Shown piece by piece: positions 46,897 through 56,411 of a stretch of DNA of 64,000 bases. Made by a program: the position numbers and the translations under genes. Numbering within the stretch: the stretch's first letter is position 1; each line of letters opens with the position of its first letter. Source of the stretch: Candidatus Tepidiaquacellales bacterium UBA2330 (GTDB lineage: Bacteria > Bacteroidota > Ignavibacteria > Tepidaquicellales > Tepidaquicellaceae); contig DDUU01000010.1 in NCBI GenBank assembly GCA_002344965.1, positions 3,773 through 67,772 of the forward strand, given 5' to 3'. The notes below the pieces were generated by a model. The model had not been told where the DNA came from. It saw only the letters and a list, made by a program, of their open reading frames with translations, and did not search any database.

Positions 46897-48486
46897 ATGT
46901 TAAAATTTAAAAAGTGCTTCATTCAGCTTGCTTTAAAACTTCTCCTGCTGATTTCAGTTTCTTTGATTTCAGAAAATTCTAAAGCAGCTCCGGGAGACAG
47001 TTTATTTTCCGGAATAAAAATTCATACTCTAAACATGATTTTTTCCCAGCCGAATTACTGGGACTCGCTTGTATATTATTATGAACAGGGGGATGAGCAG
47101 TATCTTGCCGCAACTGTCATAGCAAACGGAATTACTTTTAATAATGTCGGAGTGAGGCTGAAAGGAAATTCTTCTTACACTCATCCCAACAATAAAAAAT
47201 CATTCCGGCTTAGTTTCAATGAATTTGTAAGCGGTCAGAAATGGGACGGACTTAAGGGAGTTCATTTGAATAATTTCTGGAACGATCCGACATTCATCAG
47301 GGAAAAACTTCATTTAGACTATTGTCAGAATGCAGGCATTACAGCACCGCGGGCAAATTATGTACGTGTCTATATTAATGATACATTGTTTGCATTTTAT
47401 TCTCTGATAGAACATGTGGACAAAACATTTCTTGATGCAAAATACGGCAATGAAGACGGAGATGAATTCAAAGCTGTGGATGCATACGGATCTACAAGTC
47501 ATATAGTGTCTGATTTCAGATGGTATGGAAATGATACAGCTTTATATACAAACCGTTATGAGCTGAAATCAGAGCTTGAAACTTCGCCATGGAGGAGACT
47601 GGTAAATTTTATAGACACGCTTAATCATTCAGCGAATATACATTCTTCATTGTCTTCGCTTGTCAATCTTAATGCATTTTACAAAGCAATGTCTGCTGAT
47701 ATACTTATGGGAAATCTTGATGCTTATGTTTATAACGGAAGAAACTATTACATTTATTTTTATCATCCGGAATATAAACTGAACTGGATAGTATGAGATG
47801 CAAGCCTGAGTTTCGGCGCACTGCCGGGAGGACCGTCCAATCCTGAAACTTTGCCTGTTACTTACGTCAGCAGCGATACAGGAAGACCTTTATTCGGAAG
47901 GATCATTAATGATCCGGCGCTGAGAACGGAATATCTTAATGCGTTCTGTAATATGTTTTATAATGATTTTACTACAGCAAAGCTGTATCCTAAAATTGAC
48001 AGTATAGCAAATATTATCCGAACTTCAGTTTATGAAGATCCGAGAAAGATGTATTCAAATTCACAGTTTGAAACAAACATCAGTACAGATCTGATTATTT
48101 CCGGAAGCAGAAAGCCGGGTCTGAAATCTTTTATTTCAGCAAGGAGAACCAGTGTGTTATCACAACTAAATACTCTCGGAATAAACTGTGAGACTGGTAT
48201 TTACGGAAATGAAACCGGAATAATTAATTTTAATTTATATCAGAATTTTCCGAATCCGTTTAACCCTGAAACTAAAATAAAATTCGAACTGAATCAAACA
48301 GGATTTGTAACGCTTAAGGTATTTAACATTAAAGGTGATGAAATAAAAACACTTGTAAAAGAAAAGTTGAATTCGGGAAGTTATGAAACTGTATTTGACG
48401 GCGCTGCTCTGCCGAGCGGATTATACTTTTATAAACTTGAAATTAACGGTTCGGGTGTTACAAAAAAAATGCTGCTAATAAAATAA
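46897..48486 (+). pseudogene. CotH kinase-family protein with T9SS C-terminal sorting domain, interrupted by one in-frame TGA (47794-47796)
   Basis: ORFs 46897-47796 and 47851-48486 share one frame, and the 54 nt between them contain no further stop. The sequence reads ...YKLNWIV*DASLSFGALPGG... and the C-terminus reads NFPNPFNPETKIKFEL...GLYFYKLE...KMLLIK. Confidence 0.7.
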
Positions 48487-48593
48487 TCAGTCTACGGGAA
48501 AAAGAAAAATGACCGGGATTTTTTAAAAAAATAAATTCCGGTATTTAGAAGAAAATATTTTTAAAAATAATAATTAAAACTTAAGTTATTCAA

Positions 48594-50129
48594 ATGCCTA
48601 AATTCAAATTTAACATAATATTAGCTTTATTATTTTTTACATTAATATTTGAAAATAATACTGCAGTTTCGCAGCCATATCCGGGATATACATTATATAC
48701 GGCGAGTTCAACGAGAACAAATCTTCTTGACTTAAATAACAATATCGTAAAATTCTGGACACACACAAGGAGCGGCGGTTATTCGGTATATTTATTGAGA
48801 AACGGTGATCTGATGCGTCCGGCTGCTTCTACTGGATCGCCTATAAACGGCGGAGCTGCAGCAGGTATTGTTCAGAAATATTCCTGGAGCGGATCACTTA
48901 TTTGGGAATTTACTTACAGCAGCAATACATACAGAACACATCATGACATCTGTCCTATGCCGAATGGTAATGTACTTCTTATAGCCTGGGAAGTCAAAAC
49001 AGCTGCTGAAGCAGTTGCTGCCGGACTTAATCACAGTGCTGTGATCTGGCCGGATCATATTATTGAAGTTCAGCCGTCAGGAAGTAACGGCGGGACTATA
49101 GTCTGGAAATGGCATTTCTGGGATCATCTGATTCAGGACTTTGATTCGACAAAAGCAAATTACGGAGTTGTTGCTGATCATCCCGAACTATTAAATATAA
49201 ATGAAGGCAGCGCAGGATCAGGGGACTGGATGCATATTAACGGAATCAGCTACAATGAGAGACTTGATCAGATAGTAATTTCTTCACATGAGCTTGATGA
49301 AATTTATGTTATTGATCACAGTACAACTACAGAAGAAGCTGCCGGGCATACAGGCGGCAGATACGGTAAAGGAGGGGATATACTTTACAGATGGGGACGG
49401 CCTTCTAATTATGGTGCGCCCGGACCACAGATTTTTAATGTAGTGCACAGCGGCTCATGGGTTCCTGACAGTGTACCGGGTGGTGGAAATTTAATGGCAT
49501 TTAATAACAGAGAAGGAACAAATGCATCAATGGTCGTTGAGATCATACCGCCGCAGGACAGTCTTGGATTTTTTTACCTGGCTCCCGGAACGGCATACGG
49601 ACCTGCGACACACACGTGGAGCTACAGCGCATCCGGTTTTTATTCAAATCATCTCGGGGGTCTTCAGCGCCTCCCAAACGGAAATACAATGATTTCAGAA
49701 TCTACCAGCGGAAATTTGTTTGAAGTAAACTCTGCTGGAAATATCGTATGGAATTTTTCTCCCGGTGGACAGATCGTAAGAGTATTAAGATATGGTTTTG
49801 AGTATCCCGGACTTGTGGGGATTTCAAACACAAATTCTGCTATACCGGAAAATTATTCGCTTGAACAAAACTATCCCAATCCTTTTAATCCTGTTACAAC
49901 TATAAGGTATTCAGTTCCAAAATCCTCTATAGTATCTCTGAAAATTTATGATGTTTTAGGGAATGAAATCAGGACAATTGTAAACGAAGAGAAACAAAAT
50001 TCCGGTTCTCACAGCGCTGTCTGGGACGGCAGGACTGATAATGGAATGAATGCAGCTTCAGGAGTATATTTTTACAAACTGACTGCAGATAATTATGCCA
50101 ATACGATGAAAATGATCCTTACAAAATAA
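48594..50129 (+). CDS. Arylsulfotransferase (ASST)-like beta-propeller protein with T9SS C-terminal sorting domain
   Basis: Motifs are HHDICPMPNGNVLLIAWE, WHFWDHLIQD, DWMHINGISYN and LPNGNTMISES. The C-terminus reads NYPNPFNPVTTIRYSVP...GVYFYKLTA...KMILTK. Confidence 0.7.
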   Translation: MPKFKFNIILALLFFTLIFENNTAVSQPYPGYTLYTASSTRTNLLDLNNNIVKFWTHTRSGGYSVYLLRNGDLMRPAASTGSPINGGAAAGIVQKYSWSGSLIWEFTYSSNTYRTHHDICPMPNGNVLLIAWEVKTAAEAVAAGLNHSAVIWPDHIIEVQPSGSNGGTIVWKWHFWDHLIQDFDSTKANYGVVADHPELLNINEGSAGSGDWMHINGISYNERLDQIVISSHELDEIYVIDHSTTTEEAAGHTGGRYGKGGDILYRWGRPSNYGAPGPQIFNVVHSGSWVPDSVPGGGNLMAFNNREGTNASMVVEIIPPQDSLGFFYLAPGTAYGPATHTWSYSASGFYSNHLGGLQRLPNGNTMISESTSGNLFEVNSAGNIVWNFSPGGQIVRVLRYGFEYPGLVGISNTNSAIPENYSLEQNYPNPFNPVTTIRYSVPKSSIVSLKIYDVLGNEIRTIVNEEKQNSGSHSAVWDGRTDNGMNAASGVYFYKLTADNYANTMKMILTK

Positions 50130-50139
50130 AATTTAAAAT

Positions 50140-50168
50140 AAAGTCCGGCTTGCCGGACTTTATTAATT
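50140..50168 (+). terminator. Rho-independent terminator-like hairpin ending the T9SS cargo array
   Basis: AAAGTCCGG pairs with CCGGACTTT: 9-bp stem, CTTG loop, followed by a T-rich sequence. Confidence 0.7.
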
Positions 50169-50505
50169 TGTATTAATAAAAATTTTTAAGTCGTTATACA
50201 AAGTATAAGTTAGTAAACTCCTTATACCTTACTGATTCTTCTGACTGCTCAGATAATTATCTCTTTCCTTTTTCGTTTTGCTTTAATGGAACAGTAATTC
50301 CAAATTATTTTATCTATTCAACTTTAAGAAATATTTTATTGCAGTAATCAATCCCGGCTTTCTAATATAATTGTCAAAGCTCCGAGATAAATATTGAAAT
50401 TGTAATGAGTAATTCTATTTTATAATTTAAGTAAAACATAATCCAAAAATTTTTGAAATCTGCTATGCGGAATGTTTATTCTCAAAACAGTCTTAATATA
50501 AATTA

Positions 50506-51123
50506 ATGTTCATAACTTTCGAAGGAATTGATCTCAGCGGAAAATCCACACAGATAAGACTGCTTGAAGAATATTTAAAAAGTATAAACAAAAAAGTAAT
50601 TTCGGTGCGTGAACCCGGCGGCACAGAGATCTCGGAAAAAATAAGAGATATTCTGCTTGACAAAATGAATCTTCATATGGAGTATGTTACGGAATTTCTG
50701 CTGTTTTCAGCTTCGAGATACCAGCTTACAAATGAAATAATAATTCCGAAATTAAAAAAGAAATATTTTGTTCTCTGTGACAGGTATTACGACTCATCGA
50801 CAGCTTACCAGGGATTCGGCGGAAAGACGGATCTTAAGAGTATTTACAAAGTCAATAAAATAGCAACCGGAAAACTTGTTCCTGATATTACGTTTCTGAT
50901 CAATATTACATCTGATGAGTTTGTAAGAAGAAAAAAACTTATAAATAAAGACGAAGACAGAATAGAACAGAAGGATATCGCTTATTATAAGAAAGTTATT
51001 AAAGGTTATCTGAAAATATCCCGAAACAATAAGAAAAGATTTGTTGTAATAGACGGCAGTAAGACAATTGACGAAATCCATTCTGTTATTATAAAGCATT
51101 TAAAAAAAATTAAGAAAGTATAA
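50506..51123 (+). CDS. tmk: Thymidylate kinase
   Basis: The P-loop is FITFEGIDLSGKSTQ, with REPGGT and DRYYDSSTAYQG. Confidence 0.9.
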   Translation: MFITFEGIDLSGKSTQIRLLEEYLKSINKKVISVREPGGTEISEKIRDILLDKMNLHMEYVTEFLLFSASRYQLTNEIIIPKLKKKYFVLCDRYYDSSTAYQGFGGKTDLKSIYKVNKIATGKLVPDITFLINITSDEFVRRKKLINKDEDRIEQKDIAYYKKVIKGYLKISRNNKKRFVVIDGSKTIDEIHSVIIKHLKKIKKV

Positions 51124-51134
51124 TACCAATAAAA

Positions 51135-52802
51135 ATGAATTATTTAAAAAGTAAATTAAAGAATGCATATCCTGTTCTGATTACTGCCGGCATTGCATTG
51201 TTTGCCGGATTCACTCTCAGAGGCGACGACGATATTTATCAGAAGATCAACAGGAACATGGAACTCTTCGGTCAGGTTTACCGCGAGATCGCGCTTAACT
51301 ATGTGGATGAGATTGACGCGGATAAATTTATGACAGCCGGCATAGAAGGTATGCTGTCAACTCTCGATCCTTATACAAACTATGTGGATGAAAACAGCCG
51401 CGATCAGATAGATCTGATAACTACGGGAAAATACGGCGGTATCGGCATTACAGTAAATGTCAGAGACAGTCAGGTAGTTATATCTGAAGTTATGAACGGA
51501 TATGAAGCGCAGAAAAAAGGACTGAGAGCCGGTGATATTTTTCTGGAGATCGACGGCGTGAAAATGGAAAGCGATAAAGTAAAAAACATGAGAAGTTTTG
51601 TAAGAGGTCCTGTCGGGACTGAAGTGAATGTAAAAATTCAGAGAGGTGATGAGATACTTGACTTTGTGCTCACAAGACAGGAAATTATTTTAAAGAACGT
51701 TTCTTATTACGGATATCTTGAACCTGAGAGTGACGGCATTGCATATATTAAGCTTGACAGATTTACAAATATATCCGAAAGCGAAGTGGAAAATGCAATC
51801 AAGACGCTGAAAAGTGAAAGAGAAATGAAAGGACTTGTGATCGATCTCAGAGATAATCTCGGAGGTCTGCTCGATGCTGCAACAGGAATTCTTAATAAGA
51901 TTGTGGATAAGAACAGTCTACTGGTGATCACTAAAGGAAAAAGAGCTGATTCGGAAAAAAAATATTTTTCAAAAGAAGAACCGATGGTAGGTTCTCAGAT
52001 ACCGGTAGCGGTAATAATAAATAATAAATCTGCGTCAGCATCTGAAATAGTTGCAGGAGCAGTGCAGGATCTTGACAGGGGAGTAATAGTCGGCAATAAA
52101 TCTTTCGGCAAAGGTCTTGTTCAGCAGATCAAAGATCTGGATAAAAAAGCGCAGATGAAAATCACAAGTTCAAGATATTATACTCCTTCAGGACGATGGA
52201 TTCAGGAGAAAGATTATTTCAAGGAAAACAAATACGGTGTGTTCATTGATAAGGAAAAATACAATCAGACGGAATTCAAAACTCTGGGAGGAAGAATAGT
52301 AAAAGCATTCGGAGGAATTACACCTGATCTGGAAATAACAACTGACCCTGAAAGCGAAATACATTTTGCTCTGCTTTCAAAGGATATGTATTTTAAATTT
52401 GCAGATGCCTATATTAAAAATAATCCCGGCGTTACGAGTATATTCCCTGATGAAAATTTGTTTGTTCAGTTTAAGGAATTTTTACGTGAACAGAATTTCA
52501 ATTATAATTCTGGCATTGAAAGAAAAATAAAAGAGATAGAAGAGCTTGCATCTGAAAAAAATTACGGGTCTGAAATGAAGGATCTTTTGGACAAGCTTGA
52601 GTTTGAAGCAAATGCTGGAGAATCTGCTGAACTTGAAGCATCCAGAAACGCTGTTATTTTAAAAATCACAGATGAAATTAATAAAAGAATAATCAATGAA
52701 AAAGATCAGATGAGAACAGCTTTAACTTATGATAAAATGGTTATTGAATCAAAAAAAATACTTGAAGATCCGGTTCAGTACAGAGCAATACTGGGGAAGT
52801 AA
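51135..52802 (+). CDS. S41 family C-terminal processing peptidase with PDZ domain
   Basis: The PDZ region (GIGITV...VISEVMNGYEAQKKGLRAGDIFLEIDG) is followed by LRDNLGGLL, SASASEIVAGAVQD and KSFGKGLVQ. Confidence 0.85.
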   Translation: MNYLKSKLKNAYPVLITAGIALFAGFTLRGDDDIYQKINRNMELFGQVYREIALNYVDEIDADKFMTAGIEGMLSTLDPYTNYVDENSRDQIDLITTGKYGGIGITVNVRDSQVVISEVMNGYEAQKKGLRAGDIFLEIDGVKMESDKVKNMRSFVRGPVGTEVNVKIQRGDEILDFVLTRQEIILKNVSYYGYLEPESDGIAYIKLDRFTNISESEVENAIKTLKSEREMKGLVIDLRDNLGGLLDAATGILNKIVDKNSLLVITKGKRADSEKKYFSKEEPMVGSQIPVAVIINNKSASASEIVAGAVQDLDRGVIVGNKSFGKGLVQQIKDLDKKAQMKITSSRYYTPSGRWIQEKDYFKENKYGVFIDKEKYNQTEFKTLGGRIVKAFGGITPDLEITTDPESEIHFALLSKDMYFKFADAYIKNNPGVTSIFPDENLFVQFKEFLREQNFNYNSGIERKIKEIEELASEKNYGSEMKDLLDKLEFEANAGESAELEASRNAVILKITDEINKRIINEKDQMRTALTYDKMVIESKKILEDPVQYRAILGK

Positions 52803-52838
52803 TAAAGATTAAATAAATAAAAGAAACAGTTCAGTTAG

Positions 52839-53960
52839 ATGAAGATTGGCATACTCGGAGGCGGTCAGCTTGCAAGGATGATAATTGAAGAATGCAATAA
52901 ATATGCATTTGAATTTTATGTGCTTTCGAATGAAAAAAATTCTCCCGCAGGACAGATTACAAAGTATGAAACTGAAGGCGACTGGAATGATGAGAATATT
53001 TTAAAGGAGTTTGCCGGTAAATGCGATATCATTACGCTTGAAAATGAATTTATAGATTATAAAAAATTAGAGGCGATCGAAAATACGGGTAAAAAAGTTT
53101 TCCCCTGTCCGGAAAATATCAAGCTCATACAGGATAAATATATTCAGAAAAAAACTCTTCACGCATCCGGAATTCCGGTTGCGGATTTTATTAAGGTAAA
53201 TGAAGTTTCGGATATAACTGATTTTTCGAAAAAGAACGGCTTCCCTCTTATTCTCAAGTCAAGAACAATGGGTTATGACGGCAAAGGCAACATCACTCTG
53301 AATTCTGAATCTGAAATTGAAAAAGCTTTCGGAGAGTTGAGAGAAAGAGGCGAGCTGATGTGTGAAAAGTTTGTAAATTTTGATAAAGAAATTGCAACTC
53401 AGGTTGTAAGAAATAAATCCGGAGAGATAAAAGTCTATCCTGTAGTGGAGACAATACAGAAAAATCATATATGCGAGCTTGTTATTTCATCAGCTAAATT
53501 TAATAAGGAGATAACAGAAAGAGTAAATGAAATTGCAGTCAGGATAGTATCGGATTTAAAATATACCGGAGTGATGGGGATTGAAATGTTTCTCAGAGGT
53601 AATGAAATTTTAGTAAATGAGTTAGCGCCGAGAGTTCATAACTCAGGACATTATACCATAGAAGGTTCTTATACTTCGCAGTTTGAAAATCATATAAGAG
53701 CGGTGCTTGACCTGCCGCTGGGAAATACTGAAAAAATTTCGGAAAATTGCGTGATGATAAATCTTCTGGGAAAGAGAGACGGTGAGAGTAAAATAAGAAG
53801 AACGGGAAAAGTACTCTCGTTAAAAAATACTTACCTTCATATTTACGGTAAAAAGCTCACAAGAGCCGGCAGGAAAATGGGACATATAACCGTCATTGAT
53901 AAAGATCTGAATACAGCAATTAACACGGCATACAGTTCTGCAGACGAACTGGAATTTTAA
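52839..53960 (+). CDS. purK: N5-carboxyaminoimidazole ribonucleotide synthase (ATP-grasp)
   Basis: It has MKIGILGGGQLARMI, YDGKGN, VNELAPRVHNSGHYTIEG and GRKMGHITV. Confidence 0.9.
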   Translation: MKIGILGGGQLARMIIEECNKYAFEFYVLSNEKNSPAGQITKYETEGDWNDENILKEFAGKCDIITLENEFIDYKKLEAIENTGKKVFPCPENIKLIQDKYIQKKTLHASGIPVADFIKVNEVSDITDFSKKNGFPLILKSRTMGYDGKGNITLNSESEIEKAFGELRERGELMCEKFVNFDKEIATQVVRNKSGEIKVYPVVETIQKNHICELVISSAKFNKEITERVNEIAVRIVSDLKYTGVMGIEMFLRGNEILVNELAPRVHNSGHYTIEGSYTSQFENHIRAVLDLPLGNTEKISENCVMINLLGKRDGESKIRRTGKVLSLKNTYLHIYGKKLTRAGRKMGHITVIDKDLNTAINTAYSSADELEF

Positions 53961-53978
53961 TAATTAAATATCACTGTC

Positions 53979-54917
53979 ATGATATCCTTTATAATATTTT
54001 TAGTAGTAATAATAATTTTAATGACTATTCTCAAAGGTCAGTTTAAGGAGAATATACATTTTGATAAAATTATAAACACTCTCAGATTAGCAGCAGGTAT
54101 AGGAATTCTCCTCGCAGTTTTATTTGCGTCTGTTGTGCAGATTGGTCCCGGAGAAGTCGGCGTGCAGATTTTATTCGGTAATGTGCAGAACAAAGTGCTC
54201 AGGAGCGGACTGAATTTCGTAAATCCGCTGGTTGAAGTTCAGGAACTTGACATCAAAACTCAGGCATATACAATGAGCGGTCTTAATGATCAGGATAACA
54301 ATGAAATTAAAATTAAAAAAAGCGATCCGATTCAGACGCTTTCTTCTGACGGACTGACGCTTATACTGGATGTAACTGTCTGGTACAGGATCGATGCTGA
54401 AGCTACTCCTGATCTGATAAGAAATATCGGAATTGATTACGAATCTAAAATTGTGCTTCCTGCAATCAGGACGGCAATCAGAGACGTAGCTGTTAACTTT
54501 GTAGCTACGGATATTTATTCATCAAAGAGAGATGATTATGTGAATTTTGTTTCAAAAAAACTTGAGACGTCATTTCAGGGAAGAGGCATAATACTCGAAA
54601 AAGTTCTGCTGAGAAATGTGGAGCTGCCGCAGAAAGTAAGGGAAGCTATAGATGAAAAAATATCTGCTGAGCAGAGAGCACAGCAAATGGTTTATATACT
54701 ACAGAAAGAAAGACAGGAAGCTGAAAGAAAAACAGTTGAAGCAACTGGCGTAGCCGAAGCGCAGAAGATAATTAACAGCACTATAAGTAATTCATATCTT
54801 CAGTGGAAATATATAGAAACTCTTAAAGAACTGGTAAACTCTCCGAACAATTCTTTCATAATAGCGCCATATGATCAAAAGCTTACTCCACTTTTAAATT
54901 TTAGTCAGGGAAAATAA
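53979..54917 (+). CDS. SPFH/Band-7 (prohibitin/HflC-like) membrane protein
   Basis: An N-terminal transmembrane helix is followed by GPGEVGVQILFG, the SPFH core and a C-terminal coiled coil (EQRAQQMVYILQKERQEAERK). Confidence 0.8.
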   Translation: MISFIIFLVVIIILMTILKGQFKENIHFDKIINTLRLAAGIGILLAVLFASVVQIGPGEVGVQILFGNVQNKVLRSGLNFVNPLVEVQELDIKTQAYTMSGLNDQDNNEIKIKKSDPIQTLSSDGLTLILDVTVWYRIDAEATPDLIRNIGIDYESKIVLPAIRTAIRDVAVNFVATDIYSSKRDDYVNFVSKKLETSFQGRGIILEKVLLRNVELPQKVREAIDEKISAEQRAQQMVYILQKERQEAERKTVEATGVAEAQKIINSTISNSYLQWKYIETLKELVNSPNNSFIIAPYDQKLTPLLNFSQGK

Positions 54918-54920
54918 CCG

Positions 54921-55187
54921 ATGGAAGGATTTCAGGAAGTTTACACTACATATGATCCGATGGAAGCAAGTCTTATAAAAGCAAAATTAAGCGATGAAGA
55001 GATACAGTTTGAAGTGACGGGTGATTTTAATATTGCAATGTCTATGGAAACATTCAATACTGAGCTCGGCAGAATGGCGCTTAAAAGACCTATAAAATTT
55101 TTTGTTCATGAGAAAGATATAGAAATTGCAAAGGTAGCTATAAATACGGACAAGTCTTCGTTTTTTGAGGATGATATGGAATATTGA
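54921..55187 (+). CDS. DUF2007-like small protein (putative signal-transducing fold)
   Basis: 88 aa. The N-terminal YTTYDPMEASLIKAKLSDEEIQFEV pattern is typical of DUF2007. Confidence 0.5.
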   Translation: MEGFQEVYTTYDPMEASLIKAKLSDEEIQFEVTGDFNIAMSMETFNTELGRMALKRPIKFFVHEKDIEIAKVAINTDKSSFFEDDMEY

Positions 55188-55210
55188 CGGGGAAAATTTT
55201 TCAAAAAGAA

Positions 55211-56404
55211 ATGAGAAACATGAGAATAAAAAATTTGATAAAGTTTTTTGTGCCGCTTGCAGTGATAGGAGCGGTGGTGTATATGAACAGGGGGAATTTT
55301 GGCGGAGGCGGTATGACGGAATTGCATTCCGTCATAAACAATGCCGGAATAAGTTTGCCGCAGTATGAGAATAATTCAGAATTAAAACTTACAGAAATGA
55401 CGGACAGCACAGTCTATGAAGATCCCGTAAAGCTGCATTTCGATGCTTTGCTGGTCGACACGCATAATGACCTGATATGGCAGGTATATAATAAAGGAGC
55501 GGATTTTAATGTCCGTAATAGTTTTACGCATTCTGATATTTTTAAATTCAGAGAAGGCGGACTTGATATCCAGGTCTTTGCAGTATGGATACCGCTGAAT
55601 AAAGCAAAAAGCTCGTTTGATTTTACAATGTCTCAGATAGAAAGGCTGAAAAAATTTCAGACTGAAAGCAACGGTGAATTTGAATTTGCAAAATCTTATG
55701 ATGATATAATGAGAATTACCGGCAATAAAAAAATATGCGGACTGATAGGAATTGAAGGAGGTACAGCCGTTGAAAGTGATGTTGAAAATGTCCGGAGGTT
55801 TTTTGATGAAGGCGTAAGATATATAGGACTTACATGGAATAATTCTAATCTCATTGCAACCTCCGCTAAAGATGCAGTTACCGCAGGTAAAAGCAGCGGA
55901 CTTACTGAATATGGAAAAGAAGTTGTTAAGAAAATGAATGAAACCGGGATGCTGATAGACGTTTCTCATCTGAGTGAAGCGGCATTCTGGGATGTGATGG
56001 AAATTTCCTCCGATCCGGTGATCGCTTCACATTCGAACTGCTATTCCTTAAATCCACATTACAGAAATCTTACTGACGAACAGATCAAAGCAATTGCTGA
56101 AAGCAATGGATATATCGGCATAAATTTTTATGATGAATTTCTTGTAAAGGGCGGTAAAAAATACGGAGCCAGTATTGATGATATTATCAGACATATAGAT
56201 CATATTAAAAGTATAGCCGGAGTGGATTATATCGGCATCGGATCGGATTTTGACGGCGGTATTTCTGCACCATCAGATCTTCAGGACGCAACGCAGTATC
56301 CTGAGCTTACTAAAAAATTATTTGAAAAAGGTTATAATCCTGAAGAAATAAAAAAAATACTCGGATTGAATTTTCTTAGAGTTTTTAAACAGGTTTGCGG
56401 TTAA
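55211..56404 (+). CDS. Membrane-anchored M19 family dipeptidase
   Basis: An N-terminal anchor helix is followed by LLVDTHNDL, VFAVWIP, IGIEGG, DVSHLS, ASHSN and GIGSDFDG motifs. The ORF is open from TTG 55184, and the ATG at 55211 is preferred. Confidence 0.85.
   Translation: MRNMRIKNLIKFFVPLAVIGAVVYMNRGNFGGGGMTELHSVINNAGISLPQYENNSELKLTEMTDSTVYEDPVKLHFDALLVDTHNDLIWQVYNKGADFNVRNSFTHSDIFKFREGGLDIQVFAVWIPLNKAKSSFDFTMSQIERLKKFQTESNGEFEFAKSYDDIMRITGNKKICGLIGIEGGTAVESDVENVRRFFDEGVRYIGLTWNNSNLIATSAKDAVTAGKSSGLTEYGKEVVKKMNETGMLIDVSHLSEAAFWDVMEISSDPVIASHSNCYSLNPHYRNLTDEQIKAIAESNGYIGINFYDEFLVKGGKKYGASIDDIIRHIDHIKSIAGVDYIGIGSDFDGGISAPSDLQDATQYPELTKKLFEKGYNPEEIKKILGLNFLRVFKQVCG
55310..55335. repeat. Palindromic 26-nt element, copy 2 (GGTATGACGGAATTGCATTCCGTCAT)
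   Basis: It matches 9270-9295 at 25 of 26 positions, differing only in the loop. It lies inside the dipeptidase ORF, in the linker after the membrane anchor, where it encodes GGGGMTELHSV. Confidence 0.7.
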
Positions 56405-56411
56405 ATTTTTT

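Noticed and set aside
47794-47796. TGA reassigned to an amino acid (genetic code 4 or 25) or selenocysteine
   Set aside because: TGA terminates several well-delimited ORFs in this window at expected protein ends. I noticed no SECIS-like hairpin immediately downstream. A point mutation or sequencing error at a Trp codon is more parsimonious.
55382-55969. 195-aa minus-strand ORF
   Set aside because: It is antisense to the M19 dipeptidase, whose motifs are clear. It is a shadow ORF.
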